From the NCBI GenBank assembly GCA_002402945.1, contig DHGV01000001.1, forward strand, positions 2,180 to 66,179: DNA of 64,000 nt, given 5' to 3'. The position numbers and the translations under genes are program-made. The stretch's first letter is position 1. Every line of letters begins with the position of its first letter. Positions 47,598-57,906 of this stretch are shown here, in pieces. The stretch is from Pelotomaculum sp. UBA4789 (GTDB taxonomy: Bacteria; Bacillota; Desulfotomaculia; Desulfotomaculales; Pelotomaculaceae). The notes under the pieces were generated by a model that saw only the letters and a program-made list of their open reading frames with translations, ran no database searches and had not been told where the DNA came from.

Positions 47598-49907
47598 TTA
47601 GTTGATCGGTTTTGCAGCTTGCGCGCCGAAGCTGACCCGCCTGACATCATAGACATCCTTTACCCGCTTGATTTTGTTCATAATATGCTCCAGCTGCTCC
47701 AGGCCTTTCATCTCCAGCACCATTTCAATCACTGCGCCGCCATCTTTCCTGCCCCTGGCCGTAACCCAGTTGGCGCTGATTTTCATTTCCACAAGGACAG
47801 ACAGCACATCGCTTAAAAAACCGGCGCGGTCCAGGCCGTTGGCCTCCAGTTTGACCTGGAATGGCTCAGTGAACTCCTTATCCCAGGCCACCTCGACCAT
47901 GCGCTCTCCTTCGAACTTCTGGTAGGCGATAATATTCCGGCAGTCAGTCCGGTGGATCGACACTCCCCTGCCGCGGGTCACATACCCGGCTATAGGGTCT
48001 CCCGGCACCGGGTTGCAGCAGTGCGACAGCCTGATCAGGAGATTGTCGATCCCCTTCACCCGGATGCCCTGGGTAGGCTTGCCCCACGCCGCGGACGGCC
48101 TGGCTTCGGTTTTCAGCGCCTGCGCTTCCTCGGCGAAGGTGCCCTTTTTCTCTGTTTTGGCCTCTTCCATCTTGATCTTACCCAGGACATTGCCGGCCGT
48201 TACCTGACCGTCGCCGATCGCCGCGTATAGTTCTTCCAGGCCTGAAATGTTCAGCTTTTTAGCTATCTCCAGCAGCCTGTCACCTTTTACCAACTCTGCC
48301 TCAATGCCCTGTTTTTTAATCTCACGGTCAAGGTTTTCCTTGCCCTTGATGATGTTTTCTTCGCGCTGCTCTTTTTTAAACCACTGCCTGATCTTTGTTT
48401 TGGCATGGGAGGTCTTAACTATGTTCAGCCAGTCCCGCTTCGGCCTGCTGTTTTTGGAAGTCATGATTTCCAGGATGTCGCCGTTTTTTAGTTTGTATTC
48501 CAGCGTAACAATCCTACCGTTAATTTTAGCCCCGGTATAGCGGTGCCCGACGTCAGTGTGGATACGGTAGGCATAGTCTAAGGGTACCGAGCCTGCCGGC
48601 AGCTCCAACACGTCACCCTTAGGCGAAAACACAAAGACTGAATCGGCAAAGAGATCTATCTTGAGGCTTTCCATAAACTCCCGGGCGTCCTTGAGGTCGT
48701 GCTGCCACTCCAGCAGTTGGCGCAGCCAGGCCAGTTTCTTGTCAAACTCGCTGTCCCCTCTGCCGCCTTCCTTGTACCGCCAGTGGGCGGCAATACCGTA
48801 CTCGGCAGTCCGGTGCATTTCTTTGGTCCGGATCTGGATCTCAAATGGTTCGCCCTGGGGACCGATCACGGACGTGTGAATGGACTGGTACATGTTGGAC
48901 TTGGGCATGGCGACGAAATCCTTAAAACGTCCCGGTATCGGTGTCCAAAGGGTGTGCACAATACCCAGGGCAGCATAGCAGTCCCGCACTGAATCCACCA
49001 GGACACGCACTGCCGTGACATCATAAATCTCGTTGACATCCTTTTGCTGTTCCTGCATTTTTTCCCAGATACCATAAAGGTGTTTCGGGCGGCCCTGGAT
49101 GTCGGCCTCGATACCCATTGCCGTAAGTTTTTCCGCAAGGATAGCGATAACAGCACTGATATATTCCTCTCGCTTGCTGCGCGTTTTGGCAATCTTATCA
49201 ACCAGCTCAAAATATTTGTCCGGATCCTTGAAACGGAAGGCGAGGTCTTCAAGTTCCCATTTTATCCGGTAAATCCCGAGGCGGTGCGCCAGCGGCGCGA
49301 ACACCTCAAGCGTTTCGTTCGCAATTTCCAGCTGCTTGGGAGCATGTTGGTACTTGAGCGTCCTCAGGTTGTGCAGGCGGTCGGCGAGCTTGATCAGGAT
49401 CACCCTGATGTCCTTGGCCATAGCCAGGAACATCTTGCGCAGGTTTTCCACCTGCTGCTCCTCTTTGGAGATGTACTCCAGCTTGCCCAGTTTGGTCGTT
49501 CCATCAACCAGCAGGGCGACTTCGTCGCCAAACCGCTCTTTAATATTTTCCAGCGTTACACCCGTATCCTCAACCACATCATGCAGCAGCCCGGCCACAA
49601 TGGACTCCTGGTCCAGTTCCAGCTCGGCCAGAATTTTTGCCACTTCCAGCGGATGGATAATGTAAGGCTCTCCGGAAAAACGTTTTTGTTCACGGTGCGC
49701 CAATTCGGCATATTCATAGGCGTCCTTAATCACGGCATCATCTGCCTTAGGATTGTACACCTTAATAAGCTGTAAAACTTCCTCCAAAGTGGTGGCCGGA
49801 TATTCCCGCTCTGCCGGCAGTTTATCCCGGCTTCCCGGTTTAAGTGGCTCCAGCTTTGAAGGCAGCGCTGCAGGAGCAGCCTGGACTTGGTTTTCCATGT
49901 CAATCAT
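47598..49907 (-). CDS. relA: Bifunctional (p)ppGpp synthetase/hydrolase Rel
   Basis: LLHDVVED hydrolase motif, [24 protein letters not shown]; TGS and ACT domains. Confidence 0.96.
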   Translation of the reverse strand: MIDMENQVQAAPAALPSKLEPLKPGSRDKLPAEREYPATTLEEVLQLIKVYNPKADDAVIKDAYEYAELAHREQKRFSGEPYIIHPLEVAKILAELELDQESIVAGLLHDVVEDTGVTLENIKERFGDEVALLVDGTTKLGKLEYISKEEQQVENLRKMFLAMAKDIRVILIKLADRLHNLRTLKYQHAPKQLEIANETLEVFAPLAHRLGIYRIKWELEDLAFRFKDPDKYFELVDKIAKTRSKREEYISAVIAILAEKLTAMGIEADIQGRPKHLYGIWEKMQEQQKDVNEIYDVTAVRVLVDSVRDCYAALGIVHTLWTPIPGRFKDFVAMPKSNMYQSIHTSVIGPQGEPFEIQIRTKEMHRTAEYGIAAHWRYKEGGRGDSEFDKKLAWLRQLLEWQHDLKDAREFMESLKIDLFADSVFVFSPKGDVLELPAGSVPLDYAYRIHTDVGHRYTGAKINGRIVTLEYKLKNGDILEIMTSKNSRPKRDWLNIVKTSHAKTKIRQWFKKEQREENIIKGKENLDREIKKQGIEAELVKGDRLLEIAKKLNISGLEELYAAIGDGQVTAGNVLGKIKMEEAKTEKKGTFAEEAQALKTEARPSAAWGKPTQGIRVKGIDNLLIRLSHCCNPVPGDPIAGYVTRGRGVSIHRTDCRNIIAYQKFEGERMVEVAWDKEFTEPFQVKLEANGLDRAGFLSDVLSVLVEMKISANWVTARGRKDGGAVIEMVLEMKGLEQLEHIMNKIKRVKDVYDVRRVSFGAQAAKPIN

Positions 49908-49912
49908 TTTCC

Positions 49913-50428
49913 TTAATAATTATATTGCACCAGTGATATTGTATCATAATCCTGTATTTTCACCCGGCCGCCCAGGCCGGTGAGCTCGATCAGGAACACC
50001 GTTCCAACCACTTCGGCGCCGAGCTCCTCAATCATCCTGACGGTCTTGGCCACTGTTCCCCCGGTGGCTATCAGTTCATCCACCACCAGAACTTTCATCT
50101 CCGGTTCAATTATATCACGATCCATTTGAGCGGGCCTGTCGCCAAATTCCGGGTCATGATGCCAACTAAAAATATCTTCCGGCTGGCTGGGTATGCTGAG
50201 TGTCAGCAGCCCGGTCCCCAGGATGTATGCCAGGGGGGCGCCGATCATCAGCCCCCGGGCTTTAGGACACACGATAAGGTCCGCATGTTTGTGCATGCAC
50301 TGGGCAGCCAGCTCCTGAATCGCCTGCCTGTATGCAGGCCCATTAAGCAGCAATGTGGAAACATCCTTATAGTTTATGCCTTCTCTCGGGAAATCCTGGA
50401 TCTCTCTGATGATGCTCTTCAGGTCCAT
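49913..50428 (-). CDS. apt: Adenine phosphoribosyltransferase ortholog with degenerate motifs
   Basis: DFPREGINYKD and VVDELIATGGT; sits in the recJ-apt-rel block; several motifs are altered. Confidence 0.8.
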   Translation of the reverse strand: MDLKSIIREIQDFPREGINYKDVSTLLLNGPAYRQAIQELAAQCMHKHADLIVCPKARGLMIGAPLAYILGTGLLTLSIPSQPEDIFSWHHDPEFGDRPAQMDRDIIEPEMKVLVVDELIATGGTVAKTVRMIEELGAEVVGTVFLIELTGLGGRVKIQDYDTISLVQYNY

Positions 50429-50441
50429 GTTTTTACCTCCT

Positions 50442-53141
50442 TTAAAGTGAAGCGCCGGGCCTGAACAGGTTGTGTACAGGTGCACTTATAAAATTCCTCA
50501 TCACCCGGATTGAATCCTCTTTAATCCTGGTGAGACGCTCATATGTCCGGGCCTGAAAAAGGTCCAGCTTCTCAGACGGCGCCGGAGAAAGATGAATGTT
50601 CATCAACACCCCTTCGCCTGTACAAGACAGCAGCCCCAGCTCCACAAAAATTGCAAGGGCGGTCCGCAGCGTATAGACGCTGGTCTGGGGATAGCCGGCC
50701 GCCTTCATCGCGCTGGTCAGGATGTTAACATTCGACAGCACGTTCTCTTTTCTCCCCCGGCGCAGCAGCTGGTACAATTCTGCCAGGTATTCCCGGCCCG
50801 GCGCGAGCTCTTCGAGCCCGTCCAGGTTATCCTGCAGGTCATCCTCCCCGAACAGCAGGTGCAGCGCACCGCCGGGCGTAACTCTTTCAGCCGCATGCAA
50901 AGCGGCCTCCGGGCTATAGGGCAGGTGGTACAGCAGTACCTGTCCGGCGCTGAGGCCGGCGGAAACTGCTGCGGCCGGTGTCGCGAACATGATGCTGATC
51001 CCCCCTGATTTGAAGAGCGAGGCTAACTTGCCCTTCATTTCCGATGAGGTGTGATAGTGGCAGTAAGCTACTTTTCCCCGCAGGGAAGAGTCGGACAGTT
51101 GAATGTAGTGGGCCAGTTCGATGTTCTGGTAGCCGCATGACGTGATTACCAGCGTCGGCTCTCCGGTGGCTGCCATTTCAGCCAGCTGGAGCGGGCGGCT
51201 GCCTGAATTGCGGCAGTCCACATACCTGATGTCGTCAGCCTTTCTGTCGCTTTTCGGCGGCAGCGGCCTTTCACAGGCGGCCAGTCCCTTCAGAGTTGTA
51301 AACAGAAATTCCGGCACAAAAAGATCTTCGCTATCCTCTGCCAGGTCCCCGGAAGGTGAAAAACACGACTCCTCCAGGATGTCTGTGTCCGAATCAAGCT
51401 TATCCCGGGAAGTAAACAGCGCCGGGGCGCCGAGGTCCTTTACTTCGAGCTGTACGGAACGCCTGCCGTTATATTCATTCATATCGGGTACAAAAGCGAG
51501 ATCAACGGCCTCTCCTTTGGTGAGGATATCCGCGTAAGCCCCGAGGTTGAAACCAATGCCGTCAAGCACATTATTATCACCGCGCAGGCGCAGTTTGAGA
51601 TGGGCTGAGCTTTTTCCCACCCCGCGGCTTTCCAGCAGCAGAGCGCCCCGGCAGCTCAGCAGGGGGCTGGGATTGGCGCACCCGAAAGGCTGGAGCAGGT
51701 TGATTTCGCTGATCAGCCTTTCATTAACCTGGTCCATTTCAACAAGCCCATCAATTTCCAGTAAGGGCTGCAGCCTTTCACCGCCCATGATTTCCCGGGC
51801 ATAGGCCTTTAAGGCTGTGAAAAAAATTTCGATATTGGCAGTTTTAACTGTAAAGCCCGCCGCTAAAGCATGCCCGCCGTAATCAAGCAGGTATTCCCGG
51901 CAGTGGACCAGGGCCTTATAGATATTGAATCCCGGAATACTTCTGGCTGACCCCTTACCCTCATCGCCCTCGATGGCTACCAACAGTGCTGGCTTATAGA
52001 AACGACCGGTTAAACGGGAGGCAACGATACCGATTACCCCGGGGTGCCAGTGCTCAGCAGCCAAGGCCAATACTGCCGCTTCCTGTTTGGCAGGATCGCT
52101 GTCCAGCATGCCCAGAGCCTCTTCCAGCACGTCAGCTTCGATCCTCTGCCTCTCCTGGTTGGCCTTGTTCAGCAGCTTGGCCAGCTCCAGGGCCTTATCG
52201 TAATCTTCCGTCAGCAGGAGTTCCAGGGCCAGACCGGGGGCGCCGGTCCGGCCTGCGGCGTTTAGCCTCGGGACCAGCCCGAAACCAACCTCCCGCGGGC
52301 TGATGCTGTTGTCTTTAACACCGCTGACCTCAATTAAAGCCTGTATTCCCGGGCACCTGGTTTCCTCCAGGGCGGGCAGGCCGTGTTTAACTAAAATCCT
52401 GTTTTCACCTATGATCGGGACAATGTCGGCTATGGTCCCCAGGCAGACAAGATCAAGATAATCCCGCCAGGCCTCGCTGCCCTGACCAGCGGCATCCAGC
52501 AGCGCCTGCCCCAGTTTCAGGGCAACACCGACTCCCGCCAGTTCTTTGAACGGGTACCCGCTGTCAATGCACTTGGGATTGAGCAGGGCATAAGCCGTGG
52601 GCAGCTCCTCAGGCGGCTCGTGGTGGTCTGTGACGATCAGGTCCATATTGTTTTCACTTGCCCAGCGTATCTCTGCCAGATCGCTGATGCCGCAGTCCAC
52701 GGTAATTACCAGGCTGATCCCCGCTGTATGTGCTTTTTTTAAAACTTCCGTGTGAAGGCCGTAGCCTTCAGCCAGGCGGTTTGGCACATAGCAGCCAACG
52801 TCCGCGCCAAGACGCCTGAAAATCCGGGCCAGCAGGGCTGTCGCTGTAATACCGTCGGTGTCGTAATCACCGTAGATAAGGATCTTTTCTTTAGCTTCGA
52901 CCGCTTTTAAGATCCTATCAACTGCTCTGTCCATGTCTTTAAAGAGCAGCGGATCATGCAGCCTTGCCAGCTCGCTGCTGAGAAAGACACGTCCCTGCTC
53001 TATCGTATGGATGCCCCGGTTGATCAATAACTGGGCAGTAATCGGTGTAATCCCCAGCTTGCGGGCAAAGATGCTGCTGAGAGCAGGGGCCGGTGATTTT
53101 ACCTGCCATAATTTTTGTGAATTTTCAGGAAATGTTTTCAT
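50442..53141 (-). CDS. recJ: ssDNA exonuclease RecJ with a long C-terminal extension
   Basis: YGDYDTDG, TVDCG, TDHH, PRLNAAGR, GSARS, GGHALAAG. Confidence 0.93.
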   Translation of the reverse strand: MKTFPENSQKLWQVKSPAPALSSIFARKLGITPITAQLLINRGIHTIEQGRVFLSSELARLHDPLLFKDMDRAVDRILKAVEAKEKILIYGDYDTDGITATALLARIFRRLGADVGCYVPNRLAEGYGLHTEVLKKAHTAGISLVITVDCGISDLAEIRWASENNMDLIVTDHHEPPEELPTAYALLNPKCIDSGYPFKELAGVGVALKLGQALLDAAGQGSEAWRDYLDLVCLGTIADIVPIIGENRILVKHGLPALEETRCPGIQALIEVSGVKDNSISPREVGFGLVPRLNAAGRTGAPGLALELLLTEDYDKALELAKLLNKANQERQRIEADVLEEALGMLDSDPAKQEAAVLALAAEHWHPGVIGIVASRLTGRFYKPALLVAIEGDEGKGSARSIPGFNIYKALVHCREYLLDYGGHALAAGFTVKTANIEIFFTALKAYAREIMGGERLQPLLEIDGLVEMDQVNERLISEINLLQPFGCANPSPLLSCRGALLLESRGVGKSSAHLKLRLRGDNNVLDGIGFNLGAYADILTKGEAVDLAFVPDMNEYNGRRSVQLEVKDLGAPALFTSRDKLDSDTDILEESCFSPSGDLAEDSEDLFVPEFLFTTLKGLAACERPLPPKSDRKADDIRYVDCRNSGSRPLQLAEMAATGEPTLVITSCGYQNIELAHYIQLSDSSLRGKVAYCHYHTSSEMKGKLASLFKSGGISIMFATPAAAVSAGLSAGQVLLYHLPYSPEAALHAAERVTPGGALHLLFGEDDLQDNLDGLEELAPGREYLAELYQLLRRGRKENVLSNVNILTSAMKAAGYPQTSVYTLRTALAIFVELGLLSCTGEGVLMNIHLSPAPSEKLDLFQARTYERLTRIKEDSIRVMRNFISAPVHNLFRPGASL

Positions 53142-53189
53142 AGATATTAAAATTATAATCGACACAGTCATGTTTGGCAACGCGGGGCA

Positions 53190-53222
53190 AAAATAAACCG
53201 GTGAACGCTCACCGGTTTATTT
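53190..53222. terminator. Terminator
   Basis: AAATAAACCGGTGA-ACGC-TCACCGGTTTATTT. Confidence 0.7.
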
Positions 53223-53231
53223 CAAATTATG

Positions 53232-53951
53232 CTACTGCTGCCCGCCCGTAATGTTCGGCAGCTGCTGCTGCATCTGCTTAAGCAGCTCACTCATGTCGGT
53301 GATTTTGATCCCTGACGGGAGCTTGAAAACATCGTCCGATAGCGAGCCGACTTTCATGTTCTTGTACTCCATTAAGAATTTCTGACCGGTCGGATTCGTG
53401 GACTCGATACGCATCGGGATGCCGTGGTCTTCGCGGATCCACATTTTCGTCACTGCTTTGCCGTCCTTAGCGGTGACTTCCACGACCCTGCACTTCACCC
53501 CGTCATAGTCTACTGTCTCCAGTTCCTTGACGGTGGTTTGATCAATGCCGCTGGTGTAGTCCAGAGGCGTCTTCGATCCCGCATCTTGTTCTTCCGCCTG
53601 TCCGGCAGAAATTTTCGTAGCCTCGTTTCGATCCGGATAATAGATTATGGCAGAGTTTGTGTCACCGTCAATATATGAAATTATTTTCTGCCCGTCCATA
53701 ACACTCTCAGTTTTCATCTTCTTGCCCATCATCCATACCTTGCCGTTTAGGACCATGTCGCTGGCAGTTATGGTGTAGTCGTAGGAAAGACCATCAATTT
53801 TTTGACTTTTGGCAAAGATGTCCGAAATTGATTCTGTTTTGACCGTTTGCGCAGGCTGGGTGCTGGTGCTTTTACTGCCGCCGCAGCCGGCCAGGATCAA
53901 GCCGGACAAGATAATTACTGACAAAACCGCATAGACTAACCACTTTTTCGT
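53232..53951 (-). CDS. Lipoprotein of DUF4412/LolA-like fold; apparent start codon ACG
   Basis: GGGGGAG-N6-ACG AAA AAG TGG gives (M)KKWLVYAVLSVIILSGLILAGC; later C.V.E, KMWI...GIP.R and DVFKLP motifs. Confidence 0.7.
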   Translation of the reverse strand, partial: TKKWLVYAVLSVIILSGLILAGCGGSKSTSTQPAQTVKTESISDIFAKSQKIDGLSYDYTITASDMVLNGKVWMMGKKMKTESVMDGQKIISYIDGDTNSAIIYYPDRNEATKISAGQAEEQDAGSKTPLDYTSGIDQTTVKELETVDYDGVKCRVVEVTAKDGKAVTKMWIREDHGIPMRIESTNPTGQKFLMEYKNMKVGSLSDDVFKLPSGIKITDMSELLKQMQQQLPNITGGQQ

Positions 53952-54108
53952 AATATACTCCCCCTTTTTAAATTAAATTATTTTCAACTTGAGTAGCACT
54001 TTTTTGGATTTTTTTAAATATTTAAACAAATTTATCACAGTTTAATCATTTCAGCCCAGTTCGTCTTGTGATAATATAATATCAACAGTCACCCGGCCCG
54101 CTTTGGTC

Positions 54109-54309
54109 TCAGATGCTTTTAAACAGTGCCGGGAAAGGAGACGGGTTGGGAAAATAATGATTCACCAGCAGCCAGCCGGCGTAAATTAAAATTAAGCCAA
54201 TAAACCACAATAAATTCACTTTCCCGTTTGGCCAGCTGGTGATATCAAACAGGTAAAAGTACAGCAGTGTGTAGGGGCATAATAAAAGAAAAAGCCAGGT
54301 CAAATCCAA
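54109..54309 (-). CDS. Small membrane protein (2 TM)
   Basis: AAGAGGTG RBS before TTG; two hydrophobic segments. Confidence 0.55.
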   Translation of the reverse strand: MDLTWLFLLLCPYTLLYFYLFDITSWPNGKVNLLWFIGLILIYAGWLLVNHYFPNPSPFPALFKSI

Positions 54310-54382
54310 AATTTACACCTCTTGCTAAATCCTTTGAGTTCATTTCTTATTGCCGATAATTATTTTAGAAGGTGAAGCTGAA

Positions 54383-54862
54383 ATGATCCCAGTCAAGGTA
54401 AAAGAAATTGCGTATGATATCCTGATGAATCCTGTAATCCTGCTCATAGATGAAAAAGAGATGAAAGCACTGCCCATCTGGGTCGGCCCTTTTGAAGCCC
54501 ACGCCATCGGTATTGCGCTGCAGGGCCTCGACCTTGAGCGGCCGCTTACCCATGACCTTTTAAAAAATATCTGCAACCTGCTGGAAGCCAAACTAAGTAT
54601 GGTCCTGATCAGCGATGTCAGGGACGGTACCTATTTTGCGGAACTGCACCTGTGGCACCAGGACAAGGAACTGGTTGTTGACTCCCGGCCCAGCGACGCC
54701 ATCGCTCTGGCGCTGCGCGCCGCAGCGCCCATCTACCTGAGCGATAAAGTAGCAGAGGGCTCACTGGCCATTAAGGATTTGCTCAATGAAGAACAGCACC
54801 AGGAGCTAAAGGAACTCCTGGAATCCAGCCGCCCCAGCGACGTTAAAAAGTCGCTCCACTGA
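54383..54862 (+). CDS. Bifunctional nuclease family protein (DUF151)
   Basis: LPIWVGPFEA, RPLTHDL, DSRPSDAIALALR. Confidence 0.92.
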   Translation: MIPVKVKEIAYDILMNPVILLIDEKEMKALPIWVGPFEAHAIGIALQGLDLERPLTHDLLKNICNLLEAKLSMVLISDVRDGTYFAELHLWHQDKELVVDSRPSDAIALALRAAAPIYLSDKVAEGSLAIKDLLNEEQHQELKELLESSRPSDVKKSLH

Positions 54863-54870
54863 TAGCGTTG

Positions 54871-55311
54871 CTATTTCACTACCGTGACGGGACAGTCTGC
54901 CAGATGTATAACCTTGGAACTGACACTGCCCAGGACTATCCCCTTAAGGCTGCCCATTCCCCTGCTGCCAATCACTATTAGGCTGAAGTTCCCCTCATGG
55001 GCATAATCCACAACCTCCTGGGCCGGATTTCCCATCTTGGTTACCCCTTCAGCTTTAATGCCGCGCTTTTCGAATACTTCCATTGTTTTTTCCAGGGCTT
55101 CCTGTGCCTTTTCCTTAAAAAAAACATCCACTTCCTCGAGCACTACCGGTGAGCGCAGAGGTGAATAGTATTTCATATGCTCCAATATATCATTTACCAC
55201 CATAACGGTTATCTTGATAATAGGGGCGGCTGCGGCAAGTTCCGCTGCAAATTCAGCGGCCCTGACAGCGTTGTCTGATCCATCAGATGCTAAGAGGAGT
55301 TTATATTCCAC
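54871..55311 (-). CDS. Universal stress protein
   Basis: LLASDGS, GNPAQE, IVIGSRG, LGSVS, CPVTVVK. Confidence 0.92.
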   Translation of the reverse strand: MEYKLLLASDGSDNAVRAAEFAAELAAAAPIIKITVMVVNDILEHMKYYSPLRSPVVLEEVDVFFKEKAQEALEKTMEVFEKRGIKAEGVTKMGNPAQEVVDYAHEGNFSLIVIGSRGMGSLKGIVLGSVSSKVIHLADCPVTVVK

Positions 55312-55487
55312 GTTGAAACCCTCCCGTTCATTAGTATTATTTTAAAAATTATCTAACATAAACCATAACCTGTCAACTGATACCGTAATTATCGCTGGCT
55401 GACAGTACACTGCTTAAATTAATTAAAGAAATAAGGCGGTTGTTTTTCTATGTATCTTTGAAGATCTGTGTTTAAAGCTCTCGTAAA

Positions 55488-55691
55488 GATACTGCTGTCG
55501 TTCTGTGTGACCGGACATTTAAATGAATGGGGCGCACCGCTTGTAGGTGCGGCTTCAGCCGCACATTGGCGGGCTTTAGCCCGCCCCACAGCTTCAGGGA
55601 ATGAACTGGATGTTAATAATGATACTGTTGTCGTTAAGTGTTATCAGACATAGGAATGGGGACACATCCGAAACCAGGATATGTCCCCAAT
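55488..55691. repeat. Composite repeat: family B (55488-55517), family C doublet (55542-55590), family B (55621-55691)
   Basis: GATACTG(C/T)TGTCGTT direct repeats flank GTAGGTGCGGCTTCAGCCGCAC...GGCGGGCTTTAGCCCGCC. Confidence 0.7.
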
Positions 55692-55717
55692 AAATGTCGC
55701 CAATTTTAACAATTATT

Positions 55718-56626
55718 TTATGCTTTGGCTGGTTTGGCTGACTTGGGCCTGTTTTTGCCATCCAAACGTTTGATGTCGAACCACAGCGGGGTGGCGACAC
55801 AGATAGAGGAATAAGCCCCGGTTGTGATCCCGATCAGCAGAGCCAGGACCATGTTGCGCATGGTCGCGCCGCCAAACAGTAGAAGCGCGAACAGAACGAC
55901 CAATACCATCATTGTTGTGTTGATCGAGCGGGACATGGTCTGCCACAGGCTCCTGTTGATGATGTTCTCCAAAATATCGCCCTTCTTCTTTAAGATGCTG
56001 TTTTCACGGATCCGGTCAAAAATGATGATCGTGTCCATCAGGGAAAAACCGACAATGGTCAGGACAGCGGCAACGAAAGAGCTGTCTATTTCGAGCTGGA
56101 AGACAGAAAACACACCCACCACCAGAAAGACATCGTGCAGCACAGCCAGAATGGCCGCGATACCCTGCTTGAATTCAAAGCGATAGGCGACATAAATGAC
56201 GATCAGCACGGAAGCCAGGGCCAGGGCCTGAAAAGCCTTGAAGATCAGTTCTTTGCCCATCACCGGCCCGACCCTTTCGGCACGCTGCACGGTCACTTCA
56301 CTCAGCTTGCTGTTGAATTCACTGAGCACGCCTGTGCTCTCTTCTTCAGTCAGTTCCCTTGTCCTGATCAGGAAACTGTCTTCACCGCTCTGCTGAATTG
56401 TCGCCCCTTCCAGGCCAAACTCATCCAGCACTCCTCTAACCTGCTCAGTTGTGGCCGGAGAGCTGAATTTAAGATCCAGCAGGCTGCCGCCGGTAAAGTC
56501 GATTCCCAGGTTTAGGCCCTGCAAGAAAAGGGAAATTATTCCTGGAATGATGATCAGTATTGATATGGTATACCATATTTTACGCAGCTTGATAAAGTGA
56601 AACGGCATGCTTTCTCTAAAGTTCAT
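55718..56626 (-). CDS. secF: Protein translocase subunit SecF
   Basis: LNLGIDFTGG, VGP, HD, DTIIIFDRIRE, RSINT, GAYSSI. Confidence 0.95.
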   Translation of the reverse strand: MNFRESMPFHFIKLRKIWYTISILIIIPGIISLFLQGLNLGIDFTGGSLLDLKFSSPATTEQVRGVLDEFGLEGATIQQSGEDSFLIRTRELTEEESTGVLSEFNSKLSEVTVQRAERVGPVMGKELIFKAFQALALASVLIVIYVAYRFEFKQGIAAILAVLHDVFLVVGVFSVFQLEIDSSFVAAVLTIVGFSLMDTIIIFDRIRENSILKKKGDILENIINRSLWQTMSRSINTTMMVLVVLFALLLFGGATMRNMVLALLIGITTGAYSSICVATPLWFDIKRLDGKNRPKSAKPAKA

Positions 56627-56640
56627 TATTTTTCTACCCC

Positions 56641-57873
56641 CTATTTCCCGTAAAGCCTGAGGTCCCAAGCCGATTTGCTGCCGGCAACTAGCTGCAGGAT
56701 CCACCTTGTCATGGCCACAGCTGTGAACAGGCTGGCAATAACACCGATGGAAAGCGTGATGCCGAAGCCTTTAATCGGCCCGGTGCCGAAATAGTACAAT
56801 ATCATGCCGGCAATCAGCGTGGTTACGTGCGAATCCAGGACAGCCACAAAGGCCCGCTTAAATCCGGCGTCAATGGCTGACCGGAGCGACTTTCCGGCCC
56901 ACAGTTCCTCCTTCAGCCGTTCAAAAATAATGATATTTGTATCCACGGCCATGCCCATCGACAGGAGGAAGCCCGCCACACCGGGCAGGGTCATTGTTAC
57001 ATGCAGCCCGGCATATATCAATAAAACTATCAGGGTGTAGATGATTAGGGCCAGGTTGGCCACTAATCCGGGCACCCGGTAATACCCGATCATGAATAAA
57101 AATATGACACCAATACCAGCCAGCCCGGCTGCTACAGATTTGTGCAGCGAATCAGCTCCGAGGGTCGGTCCTACCGTCCTTTTTTCCATCACTTCCACTT
57201 TTACCGGCAGGGCGCCGGAACGCAGCAGGATAGCAACGTTATGGGCCTCTTCCAGCGATGCATAAGGAGAGATCTGCGCCTTGCCGTTCGGTATGGCCTC
57301 ACGCACAGTAGGCGACTGCACCACTACCCCATCTAACACTATAGTAATCTTTTTGCCGACGTTTGCCGCGGTGACATCGGCGAATATTTTGGCGCCGTCC
57401 GGCTCAAACTCCAGGTTAACCTCCGGCTGGCCGCCCTGGCCAGTACCCTCCTGGGCAGTTTTCAGCTGGCGGCCGGTCAGGACTGTTTTGCCGTCTTCCG
57501 TCTTGAATTCCAGATAGGCTGTCTTGATCAAATTTCGCACTGCCTCATCCGGATCACTCACACCAGCGAGTTCAACAATGATCCGCCGTGTGCCCTGCAG
57601 CTGGACAATAGGCTCTGCAACACCAAAAGCGTTGACCCTGTTTTCAATGATGGCCATCGCCTGTTTTACCCTTTCATCAGTAACAGTCGCCTCCGGCGTA
57701 TCTACAGCCTCAAGCACCACGTAAACGCCGCCTTTTAAATCCAGGCCCTGCCTGATTAAATTTGTAAAAGGAATCCAGCTTACCCCCGGAATTAACGGTC
57801 GGATGGCCAGGACAGATATGATCGCCACGACCAGTACAATGCCAGCCAATTTCAGGATCTTATCCCACTTCAT
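56641..57873 (-). CDS. secD: Protein translocase subunit SecD
   Basis: GLDLKGG, LRSGALP, VGPTLG, GMAVDTNIIIFER. Confidence 0.95.
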   Translation of the reverse strand: MKWDKILKLAGIVLVVAIISVLAIRPLIPGVSWIPFTNLIRQGLDLKGGVYVVLEAVDTPEATVTDERVKQAMAIIENRVNAFGVAEPIVQLQGTRRIIVELAGVSDPDEAVRNLIKTAYLEFKTEDGKTVLTGRQLKTAQEGTGQGGQPEVNLEFEPDGAKIFADVTAANVGKKITIVLDGVVVQSPTVREAIPNGKAQISPYASLEEAHNVAILLRSGALPVKVEVMEKRTVGPTLGADSLHKSVAAGLAGIGVIFLFMIGYYRVPGLVANLALIIYTLIVLLIYAGLHVTMTLPGVAGFLLSMGMAVDTNIIIFERLKEELWAGKSLRSAIDAGFKRAFVAVLDSHVTTLIAGMILYYFGTGPIKGFGITLSIGVIASLFTAVAMTRWILQLVAGSKSAWDLRLYGK

Positions 57874-57906
57874 TTATCTCCAACCTCCATAATTCAAAAA
57901 CTTAAA

